Source: a virus (lineage: Duplodnaviria > Caudoviricetes). From it: a DNA stretch of 54,276 nt. A program made the translations under genes and the position numbers. The notes under the pieces were generated by a model. It made no database searches, had not been told where the DNA came from, and saw nothing but the letters and a program-made list of their open reading frames with translations. The stretch covers positions 1-54,276 of the IMG/VR virus record IMGVR_UViG_3300044627_001883, one strand, 5' to 3'. Below are positions 9,538 through 17,580 of the stretch, piece by piece (position 1 is the stretch's first letter; the number at the start of each line of letters is the position of its first letter).

Positions 9538-10584
9538 TCACTGAAGGTGGCGGGTCATGGCGCCGGCAGTGGGCTTGGAGCCGACGATCCAGAACAGCGT
9601 TTTGCCGTCGCCCTCCCACCACTCCGAGAACGTGTCCCGGTGCTCCGCCATGTAGGTCAGGCACTTGCCTTCGTAGGTCGGGTGGAAGTCGATCCCGTCC
9701 AAGCTGAAGGGCTTGCGGTCGGCGTACTTGACGTAGCCGGTGGAGTGGAGGTCGTAGTGCTCCAGCTCGTAGGGCGCATCCCGGCGGTGCGCCGGCTCCA
9801 GATCCGGGTGCTGGTGGTAGCGGGGGCGGAATAGCCCCATCACATCCACCCCGGTGGCCTGGTGGATGCTTTCCATGCGGTCTTCAATCCACCGGAGCCG
9901 GGTGGGACCGATGCCGAGCAGCGTCACCTTGCGGAGCGCCTTGGGCCGGTGCTGCGCGATGCCGAAGAGGACGGACGTGCAGGAGTTGCACGAGCCGGCC
10001 GGCATGATCAGGTGCTCAATGTCATCCGGGATGTTGGCGGCCTGGGGGGCGCCGACCGCATGGAAGCCCGCCACGTCACGGGCGGTGGCCGCCTCCGGCG
10101 TGGTGATGCCGTAGTGGAGGCGGAAATAGTCCTTGAGCTGGGGCTCCTGCGCCAGCTTGCCCACGGACCGCTGGAGGGTGGGGTTGAAGCCCACCGGCAC
10201 GTAGCTGAAGGTGGCCCCAGCGCGGGCGGCGATGGCGACGTTCTCGTGCTTGATGGACGTTTCGGGCTTGCTGCCGCCCAGCACCATCAGCGCCGGAAGC
10301 TCATAGTGCGCCGCCACCAACGCAGCCATGCTGATCTGTGGGCTGAGCACGGATGCGCCAGTGATCAAGCCGGCCCGGCCACCGGATTGGCGGTAGTTCT
10401 GGACCAGGTAGATGAGCTGGCGGAGCTTAGAGCCGTTGATGCCGCCATAGCCCAGCGGGGCAAAGAAGTCCTCACGCTTGTATGCCCGGCCGTTCACGCG
10501 GGTGATGGGCGTGAGCGTGCCCAGGTACTGCTCCCATTGGACCTGAGAGCGGGAGAGGGACTGAACGGGGAAGACGGTACGCAT
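9538..10584 (-). CDS. PLP-dependent enzyme (ACC deaminase/D-Cys desulfhydrase-like fold), candidate decarboxylase of amino-acylated DNA bases
   Basis: KREDF...INGSKLRQ (Schiff-base Lys), PAGSCNS and HPTYEGK motifs. Confidence 0.75.
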   Translation of the reverse strand: MRTVFPVQSLSRSQVQWEQYLGTLTPITRVNGRAYKREDFFAPLGYGGINGSKLRQLIYLVQNYRQSGGRAGLITGASVLSPQISMAALVAAHYELPALMVLGGSKPETSIKHENVAIAARAGATFSYVPVGFNPTLQRSVGKLAQEPQLKDYFRLHYGITTPEAATARDVAGFHAVGAPQAANIPDDIEHLIMPAGSCNSCTSVLFGIAQHRPKALRKVTLLGIGPTRLRWIEDRMESIHQATGVDVMGLFRPRYHQHPDLEPAHRRDAPYELEHYDLHSTGYVKYADRKPFSLDGIDFHPTYEGKCLTYMAEHRDTFSEWWEGDGKTLFWIVGSKPTAGAMTRHLQ

Positions 10585-10586
10585 GA

Positions 10587-11669
10587 CTACCTCCAGCGGG
10601 GGAACAGCTGGTCACGCACCGCATCGTTGAAGTCGTTGCGGAACTCGGGGTAGTCGCGGTCCATCATGATGACTTGGCCGGTCAGCCGGTAGTGGTTTTG
10701 CTTGATTGGGACGCAGCCCGGGTCGTGCGGGTTGTCCTCCAGCCGCAGGTAGTCCGGGAGGTAGCGGCGCCGCGCCTCCCAGAACACGCTCAGATCCTCA
10801 CCAGGCCAGCGGGCCTGCGTGGCACGGATCCGGTCATGGAACATGTCGTTGTAGACGTTGGGGTAGCGCCGGTTCACGCGGTGCCAGGACTTGTAGGTGC
10901 AGAGCGCCGACTCCATCGTGAAGTAGCTCACGTCATGGGCGTAGTCGGTGCCGGCGGCCAGCTCTCGCGCCTCCGCCAGGATCGCGGCACCCTCCTCCTC
11001 CAGCCAGTTCAACGTCTGCTTGGGGTAGGTCCCGTCAAAGTCTGGGTTGCTGGAGTGCCAATCCAGGTCATCTCGACCCAGCACCTTGCACAGCCCGTTG
11101 CGGTGTGACTTGGAGCCGGAGCGGTCATCCAGGAACAGCGTGTCGCAATCGAACGGGGCGCCGGTAATGCGCAGGTACTCGCTGAAGCTGAACGCTGACA
11201 GCCGGCCAAAAGACGGGATGGCGGTCGCCACCGCCCAGATGCCCCCGAAGCCGCGTTGCGCAGCCTCGCCCCACAGCTCCAGCTGAGTGCGGCCGCGCAG
11301 CAGCTTGCGGTAGCCCTCCACTGCCTGCGGCAGCATCTTCTTGTGATGCCGGCGGTCCGTATCAAACGCCAGCTGTGCGTAGTTGGCCCGATACCACTCC
11401 AGCATCGGTTCCGCCGCATCCACTGACGGGAACCTCCGGTGAAGGATCCAGCTGGTTAGCGGGTGCTGGGTATTGCCGTTGAGGAAGGCAAACCACAGGG
11501 CCTCTTCGGCGGTCCAACCCTGCTGCTCTGCCAGGAAGGGGAGCACGTAGTAGACGGCACCAGGATGCGCCCGGTACTTCAGGTGGAACTGGTAGAAGCG
11601 ATGGAACACCGTCCGGCGGAGCTCCGGCACCCGGAAATCCATCCCAGGCCGCAGGTCCGTCAATCCCAT
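10587..11669 (-). CDS. Amino acid:DNA transferase (aGPT-Pplase2 family, glycosylase-like helical fold)
   Basis: FDTDRR, FGRLSAFSFSEYL and MESALCTYKSWH...RYPNVY motifs; ATG at 11669. Confidence 0.75.
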   Translation of the reverse strand: MGLTDLRPGMDFRVPELRRTVFHRFYQFHLKYRAHPGAVYYVLPFLAEQQGWTAEEALWFAFLNGNTQHPLTSWILHRRFPSVDAAEPMLEWYRANYAQLAFDTDRRHHKKMLPQAVEGYRKLLRGRTQLELWGEAAQRGFGGIWAVATAIPSFGRLSAFSFSEYLRITGAPFDCDTLFLDDRSGSKSHRNGLCKVLGRDDLDWHSSNPDFDGTYPKQTLNWLEEEGAAILAEARELAAGTDYAHDVSYFTMESALCTYKSWHRVNRRYPNVYNDMFHDRIRATQARWPGEDLSVFWEARRRYLPDYLRLEDNPHDPGCVPIKQNHYRLTGQVIMMDRDYPEFRNDFNDAVRDQLFPRWR

Positions 11670-12565
11670 AGAGGATCGCCAGGCTTGCGGTTCTTGGCGC
11701 GGTCCAGCTCCTGCTGCGCGGTGCCGCAATGGATCATCTTCTCGCGGTAGTAGAAGACCTGCGTGAGCCGGCGGAACCGCTTGGGGTTGCCCACCATGGC
11801 GGTGTTGCCGTGCCACTGGTGCACGTCAAACAGCAGCACGTCACAGGACGTGGGCGCCACGCCTACCCGGTACTTCGGCATGACCAGGTGGCCACCTTGG
11901 AACGTGCCGGAGGTGAGGCAGGCCATCACGCCAAAGCCATCGCGGAAGTCACCCGCATCCTTGTGCGTCGCGGTCCGCCAGGACTCATTCACCGTGATGG
12001 TGGTGAAGGCGGTGTCTTTGATCACGAAGTCCTGGCTGGTGCGGTCCGCAATGTCCCGCTGCCTGGCGTACTGCTCCGGCAGATGCTCAGCGAACACCCG
12101 GTCCACGTGCCGGATGTAGGGCTGAAGGTTGTGCCACTGCTCCGGGTTGTCCCGGGTGTAGTTGCACAGCCGGCAGAACGGCATCCGGGTGTACCGGTCG
12201 AAGTAGCCGATGATGGCGCTGCGCACCGGATTGGCCGACACGCGGGTGTTGCTCCGGGTGCCCTTCTGCGTGGGGCGGTAGACCGCCAGGTTGCCCTGCT
12301 CGTCATAGCCACCGGCAATGCCGCGGTTGCGGCTGCCTTGGTCGCCGTAGTCGATGGTCTCCGTCAGGATCTGATACGCCGCAGCACCCAGCTCTGCCGG
12401 GATGGCGTTGCGGACGTAGACCAGCAGCGGGGAGCCGTCAGGCTTGTTCACCCGGGTGGTCTCACCCTCCACCAGCAGGTCGTAGTGCTCTGGGGTGAGG
12501 AAGTGACCAGCCAGGTGGTCCACCTCCTCGTCAGGGAGCTCAACAGGAGCGGTCAGGATCCTCAC
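11660..12565 (-). CDS. TET/JBP-family 2OG-Fe(II) dioxygenase
   Basis: FTTITVN...TATHKDAGD (HxD), LLFDVHQWHGN (distal His), RLTQVFYYREKM (2OG-binding Arg). Confidence 0.85.
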   Translation of the reverse strand: MRILTAPVELPDEEVDHLAGHFLTPEHYDLLVEGETTRVNKPDGSPLLVYVRNAIPAELGAAAYQILTETIDYGDQGSRNRGIAGGYDEQGNLAVYRPTQKGTRSNTRVSANPVRSAIIGYFDRYTRMPFCRLCNYTRDNPEQWHNLQPYIRHVDRVFAEHLPEQYARQRDIADRTSQDFVIKDTAFTTITVNESWRTATHKDAGDFRDGFGVMACLTSGTFQGGHLVMPKYRVGVAPTSCDVLLFDVHQWHGNTAMVGNPKRFRRLTQVFYYREKMIHCGTAQQELDRAKNRKPGDPLWD

Positions 12566-13317
12566 AGGCCCTCCAGCACATCCTTCAGCGCCGCAAACAC
12601 GCAGTCAGTCTGGTTGCTGGTGCCGTAGTGCTTGTTGAGCCGGTCAATCATGCGGCCCCATTCCGTGTGCTGGTCCAGGCTCATGAACAGCTGCACCACG
12701 CGGGTCGCGGCTGGCGGGAGGCTGAATGCCTCCTCATCCTCATCCTCATCCCCTTCATCCACCACTCCAGCAGGGAAGGAACTGGGTGCGGGACTGTCAG
12801 GGAGGGGCGAGGCGCCAGCCGCGGCCAGCGGGGTGCCCGGGGTGCCCGGGGTAGGGGCGTTGAAGGTGGGCGTCGGGACGTTGGTGGCTACGTCATCCAG
12901 CAGGCCGCCCAGCTCAGCGTCCGAGAAGCCGGTCAGCTCCAGGTCAAAGTCAAAGTCGCGCAGGTCCGCCAACTCACCGGACAGCAAGCTCATGTCCCAG
13001 CCGGCCAGCTCCGCCAGCTTGTTGTCCGCAATGACGTAGGCACGCTTCTGCGCTGCGGAGAGGTGGTCAAGAACCACCACCGGCACCTCCGTCAGGCCCA
13101 GCTCCTTGGCCGCGGCCAAACGGCCATGCCCGGCAATCACCCCAGCGTCACCGTCCACCAAGACGGGGTTGACGAAGCCGAACTCCACGATGGAAGCCGC
13201 CAGCTGCGACACCTGCGCCCGGCTGTGGGTGCGGGGGTTCTTGTCGTAGGCAACGAGCTTGCTCACCGGCCACAGCTCAATGCGCTTTGCCATGGCGGGA
13301 GTGAGGGTGGATCTCAT
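12562..13317 (-). CDS. ParB/Srx N-terminal domain protein, with no fused methyltransferase
   Basis: NPRTHS, FGFVNPVLVD, IAGHGRLAAA and ADNKLAE motifs; start at 13317 or 13293. Confidence 0.85.
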   Translation of the reverse strand: MRSTLTPAMAKRIELWPVSKLVAYDKNPRTHSRAQVSQLAASIVEFGFVNPVLVDGDAGVIAGHGRLAAAKELGLTEVPVVVLDHLSAAQKRAYVIADNKLAELAGWDMSLLSGELADLRDFDFDLELTGFSDAELGGLLDDVATNVPTPTFNAPTPGTPGTPLAAAGASPLPDSPAPSSFPAGVVDEGDEDEDEEAFSLPPAATRVVQLFMSLDQHTEWGRMIDRLNKHYGTSNQTDCVFAALKDVLEGL

Positions 13318-13429
13318 CCGGAATAGTCCAGTGGAAACCGTGTGTTGGAAACTATAGGGGCGCCTTTGTGCCGGTTTCCATCTGATAGGCGGGGAATAGC
13401 GGGAACCTACCTGAAGGCCGAGACGCTGG

Positions 13430-13610
13430 CTGAAGCGGGGGCCTGCGAAACACCCACGGCCTCTAGGCCCCACAGGGACCCGCAGGCGGCCCTAGGGGGA
13501 CTAGGGGGGGGGAGGGGGAGCCCCTAGAGGCTCTAGGGCTACCCCTGGGGCGCCAGGGCGGCGCAGCGCAGGGCCTGGGGGCAGCGGTCCAGGGGTTGAC
13601 CTAGCGGCCG
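13430..13610 (-). other. Putative cos/packaging region
   Basis: Non-coding and upstream of the packaging operon; minus-strand GGGTCCC (13475-13481) resembles lambda cosQ GGGTCCT; CTAG cluster and a palindrome. Confidence 0.4.
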
Positions 13611-13644
13611 GGCTCCAGGGGGCGTCCTGGGGCTGGGAGCGGCC

Positions 13645-14355
13645 TCAGCGGAAGCCTGCGCGTTGGAGCTCAGCGGTGAAGGCGGAGCGGAGTGCGCCTG
13701 GCCAGGCGGTGCTGAAGGCACGGTCCAGCAGCTGCTCTAGGGGCAGGCGGCGCTGGCGGGTGACGGGTGTGGGGTCGATGGTGAAGACACGCCTGGTGTT
13801 GGACTCCAGGGTGGAGGTGCGGCCGATGAAGCCGGTGGTGCGCTGGAAGACGGCCATGGTGGTGGAGCCACGCTTCACAGGGGCGACGAAGTAGCCGGCC
13901 TGCTTGGTGCGGGCACCGCCAATGATCTTGGCGTAGTTGGACAGGGTGACGTTGCCGTACTGGTTGATGGGCGCGACGCCCTTGGTCGGGACCAGGACAG
14001 CGGAGGAGGGGACGCCAGCCAGTGCCGCAGCGGAGCGGTCCACGGGCTTCACGACGGGCCTGGTGCCTTGGATGAGCGGCTGGAGGTAGCGACCAGCAGC
14101 GTTGCTGGCATCAGAGCGCAGGCCCACCTCAGCGGTGAGGTCACCAGCCCGAGCGAACTTGGCGTAGGCGGAGTTGATGGTCCAGCGGGTTGGGCGGTCG
14201 ATGTAGCTGGGCAGGTCCTGCTTGAGCTGCTCCCGGCTGGCGATGACGGCTTGGGTCATGGCCTTGGCGACGGCGTAGCGCAGCTGGGTGTCCGTGAGCA
14301 GGCGGAGGCTGTCGCCCAGCTTGTCGATGTCGGAGGTGACGGAGCGGCTGGCCAT
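13645..14355 (-). CDS. Neck / minor tail protein (lambda gpZ-like)
   Basis: YAVAKAMTQ...IDRPTRWT motif; ATG at 14355. Confidence 0.55.
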   Translation of the reverse strand: MASRSVTSDIDKLGDSLRLLTDTQLRYAVAKAMTQAVIASREQLKQDLPSYIDRPTRWTINSAYAKFARAGDLTAEVGLRSDASNAAGRYLQPLIQGTRPVVKPVDRSAAALAGVPSSAVLVPTKGVAPINQYGNVTLSNYAKIIGGARTKQAGYFVAPVKRGSTTMAVFQRTTGFIGRTSTLESNTRRVFTIDPTPVTRQRRLPLEQLLDRAFSTAWPGALRSAFTAELQRAGFR

Positions 14356-14438
14356 GTGTGGACTCTGCGCCAGCAGGGGGGAAGAGTGAAGCCCCACCGT
14401 GTGCTGCGGCGGGGGGGACCCAAAAGACCACGCCAAGC

Positions 14439-14591
14439 CTACCGGATGTTGCGGGGGTCGTAGACGGCGATGGTGCCGCGGTTGGGGAGCTCCACGAGGA
14501 AGGCAGTGGGTGTGCGGCGGATGAAGGTGCCGCTGGCCCAGCCAGCTCCCATGAAGACCTTGACGGCTTGACCGCGCCTGAAGTCCTGCAT
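14439..14591 (-). CDS. Small hypothetical protein
   Basis: 50 aa ORF MQDFRRGQAVKV..., co-oriented with its neighbours. Confidence 0.55.
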   Translation of the reverse strand: MQDFRRGQAVKVFMGAGWASGTFIRRTPTAFLVELPNRGTIAVYDPRNIR

Positions 14592-14604
14592 GGGGTGATC
14601 CTGG

Positions 14605-14992
14605 CACGTCCTATCACGTCCCAAGGCTTGGGACGCCCCACACCCCAGGCCAGCACTGGCTTCCCTCTATCCGTCCTATCGTCCTATCTCTTCTGAAGAA
14701 TCTATTGATAAATAGGGAAGGGGGTCAGGGGTAAGAAATCCCCCCTATTAGCGGGGCACCTCAGGGAGGACGAGGTTAGGACGGATCCTCCAAACCCTTT
14801 CCAGCGCAATGGATTCCGCCGTCCTGACCCTTGGGACGGACAGAGCGCGAAATTCGGGGGCGATCTGCGAAATAGATAGGACGTTGGGACGTTGGGACGG
14901 GGAAGGGGCCAAAAACGACCAGCCCTGGGACGGACCGGAGCACTACGGCCTGATCTCCAAAACAGATAGGACGTTGGGACGTTGGGACGGCA
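14605..14992. repeat. Iteron-like repeats, putative replication origin
   Basis: AGATAGGACGTTGGGACGTTGGGACGG at 14874-14900 and 14964-14990; inverted copies including the palindrome CGTCCCAA-GGC-TTGGGACG at 14617-14635; AT-rich patch around 14690-14740. Confidence 0.7.
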
Positions 14993-15039
14993 CAGGGCAC
15001 AAAAGAGCCCCGGTGGTGTGCCGGGGCCGAGGAGCTGGA

Positions 15040-17157
15040 TCAGTCCAGACGTGGGGCGTAGATCCATCGCCTTCGGCCGGTGGTCTCCCGGCGGCGTTCA
15101 AAGCCCAGGTCCTTGAGCAGCTGACCCACGGCGATCTGGTCCGCACGGGTCTGCCGCTCCACCGGCTTCATGATGGCGTTGGTGAGCAGCTCCTCGATGG
15201 TGAGCGGCTCAATGGATGCCCGCTTCTCCAGGTAGGTCTGAACGACGGTCTGCCAGGGGTTGTTGACCATGTAGTTGGCGTTCTCCCGCTCCACTTGAAC
15301 CTGCTGCTTGGCGGTGAGGTGGTTGCGTTCACCGGAACGGTAAGCATGGACGGCGGCAGACCAGATCGCGTCGCGCTCCAGCAGCAGGCCCTCCACGTCA
15401 ATCATGTCCAGCTGGGTGGCGGTGACGGGGATCACCCAGAAGCGGCGGTTGCCGGTGTCATCCACCAGGAAGCCGGTGTCACGGTTGGTGGAGCCAACAA
15501 TGATGGTGCGGCGGGGGAATGAATCAGTGGAGCGTGCGTAGGGCATCCGGAACGTGTCCACGGCCTGGGACAGGAATGCCTTGACCTGCCCGGCGTGCTT
15601 GCGGGAGGTCACGTAGTCCAGCTCCGCCCATTCCATGATCCAGGAGCGGTGAAGGATGAGCAGGTCATCCTTGGAGCTGATGTCCCGGAGCGCATCACTG
15701 AAATAGGGTCCGCCCAGGTTGCGCCAGAACGTGGACTTGCCGCAGCCCTGATCACCCAGCAGCACGCAGGCGGAGTCGTGCTTGGCACCGGGGTCGTAGA
15801 TGCGGCGCACCGCTGCGATCAGCGTGCGCTTGATCATCTCGTCGTAGATGGTGCCGGGGGTGTCCTCACGACGGAGGTAGGCAGTGGCCAGGTGATCAAT
15901 GGAGGTGGGTGGGACGGTCTCTGCGACGCCATCCAGGTAGACGCGCACCGGGTCGTAGATGTTCTCCCGGGCCACGGCAATGAGCGCATCAACGGCCAGG
16001 TCCTTGGAGACCTTGAAGCCCATCTGCGCGAACTTCAGGTAGTAGAGCTCAATCTGCTGGATGGGCTTCTGGTCCAGCTCAATCTCCTGGGTGAAGACAT
16101 TCCACCGGAGCCGGCCGGCCATGTGAGTGCGGAGCACTCGCAGCAGGTCGTCAGCCTCCAGGCGTGAGAGGCGACCGGGCGTGGCGCCGGCCGGTGCTGC
16201 GGCGGGGTCCGGCTGATCTCCCTGCCGTGGGGCAGGTGGGATGAGCTGCCGGCGGGTGTGGAAGCGGAGCCGGTCCAGCAGCTTGGCTTCTGGCGTGGAG
16301 GGGGAAGGGCTGTGCTCCGGGGCGCCTTCAAAGCGGTGCCATGCTTTGCGTTCGCTGAAGTCAGGCGCCAGGCGGCGTGCGGCAGCGATGTGCTGGGCGA
16401 AGGCATCCTTGGCGGTGAGGTCTGGGGTGGCGCCATTGGAGCGGAGCCATTCCTCAGTGCCGATCAGATCCAGGGCCAGCTTCAGCTGGTCGTCATTCCA
16501 AAAGCCTGGTGTGCCACCGGATTCAATCAGCTTGCGGCTTTCGCGGCTGATGAACTCCAGGAGGGGGACCGGGCCACCACTGGCCACCACGATGGATGGC
16601 GTGAGGAGGGGTGGTTGCTCCGGAGCACGGAGCATCTGCTGAAGCAAGACGGATGGCGCCTCAGCCAGCGGCAGATCAGCGGGTGAGCGGCTGCCAACCC
16701 AGCGGTATGAGTTGCCGGAAGGGTGAGCGCCGATGACGACGGACTGACAGCCAACCCACCGGAGCTCCAGCTGCTCACCATCGACGGGGGACTTGATGCG
16801 CTTGGTTTTGATCTGTGACCAGAACGCCTCCGGCACGCGGTAGATGATCTGGAGCCGGGCATCACGACCGGAGGTGACAGCCCAGGACTTGGGGAGATCA
16901 CGGAGCGGTGCGCCGATCTGCTCCAGGACGGTGGAAGCACCCAGGCCGTCATGGTCAACGAACAGCAGGCCACCGGACGCTGGACCAGCGATGACGCCCA
17001 CGGCCTTGGCACGTCCGGCGGTGATCTCCTCCTCTACCTGTGCCTTGGTGAGGGGATGCTTCTGCCATTCCGGCTGGTAGGGGCGCTTGTCACTACCGAC
17101 AGCAACGAGCCCCCAGGAATCAGGGAGTGCAGCAAGCTGCTCCAGGAGGTCAGCCAC
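15040..17157 (-). CDS. Primase-helicase (Prim-Pol N-terminus plus VapE-type P-loop)
   Basis: N-terminal KRP...W and FVDHDG; C-terminal GDQGCGKST, WIMEWAEL and DDTGNRRFW. Confidence 0.88.
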   Translation of the reverse strand: MADLLEQLAALPDSWGLVAVGSDKRPYQPEWQKHPLTKAQVEEEITAGRAKAVGVIAGPASGGLLFVDHDGLGASTVLEQIGAPLRDLPKSWAVTSGRDARLQIIYRVPEAFWSQIKTKRIKSPVDGEQLELRWVGCQSVVIGAHPSGNSYRWVGSRSPADLPLAEAPSVLLQQMLRAPEQPPLLTPSIVVASGGPVPLLEFISRESRKLIESGGTPGFWNDDQLKLALDLIGTEEWLRSNGATPDLTAKDAFAQHIAAARRLAPDFSERKAWHRFEGAPEHSPSPSTPEAKLLDRLRFHTRRQLIPPAPRQGDQPDPAAAPAGATPGRLSRLEADDLLRVLRTHMAGRLRWNVFTQEIELDQKPIQQIELYYLKFAQMGFKVSKDLAVDALIAVARENIYDPVRVYLDGVAETVPPTSIDHLATAYLRREDTPGTIYDEMIKRTLIAAVRRIYDPGAKHDSACVLLGDQGCGKSTFWRNLGGPYFSDALRDISSKDDLLILHRSWIMEWAELDYVTSRKHAGQVKAFLSQAVDTFRMPYARSTDSFPRRTIIVGSTNRDTGFLVDDTGNRRFWVIPVTATQLDMIDVEGLLLERDAIWSAAVHAYRSGERNHLTAKQQVQVERENANYMVNNPWQTVVQTYLEKRASIEPLTIEELLTNAIMKPVERQTRADQIAVGQLLKDLGFERRRETTGRRRWIYAPRLD

Positions 17158-17190
17158 AGGCTGCCTCCACGGTGAATTGGGTCACTTGGG

Positions 17191-17580
17191 TCATTGGGGT
17201 CCGGCGAGATTCTGGCTGACGGAGGCAAAATCGGAAACCAGTGCGGCGGCATCCGCCTCAGATCGGACCACGCCGGCAATGCCTCCATCTGCCCGGACTG
17301 CTTGGAGCCAATGGCGTTGCGGTGCGGAGAGGCGACCGGTGGATGTTTTGATTTCCATGGAGACAAACAGCGCGACGCGCTGGCCAACCATGTCCGGGGT
17401 GACGACAACAGTGCGCCAACCCACCAGGTCAGCGGAGCCCTTGGCCAGGCCGAACGTGACCAGCCGTCCAGTGCGGGGATCAGGGAGGGAGCCGGTGTTG
17501 TTGCGGAACAGGCGCAGCCCCGGCACCTGACCCAAGGCCAGGCGGATCCGCTGCTGGATGACGGTCTCTTGGTTGCTCAT
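17191..17580 (-). CDS. VRR-NUC domain nuclease
   Basis: GSADLVG, MEIK, GRLSAPQRHW. Confidence 0.85.
   Translation of the reverse strand: MSNQETVIQQRIRLALGQVPGLRLFRNNTGSLPDPRTGRLVTFGLAKGSADLVGWRTVVVTPDMVGQRVALFVSMEIKTSTGRLSAPQRHWLQAVRADGGIAGVVRSEADAAALVSDFASVSQNLAGPQ

Noticed and set aside
9003-12565. Z-base (PurZ) or 7-deazaguanine modification pathway
   Set aside because: No PurZ, QueC/D/E, FolE or DpdA-like genes recognised.
12562-13317. ParB-fused DNA methyltransferase
   Set aside because: No DPPY or FxGxG motifs after the ParB domain.
13388-13406. GCGGGGAATAGCGGGAAC resembling the integrase arm repeats
   Set aside because: A single degenerate copy far from int; it could be chance.
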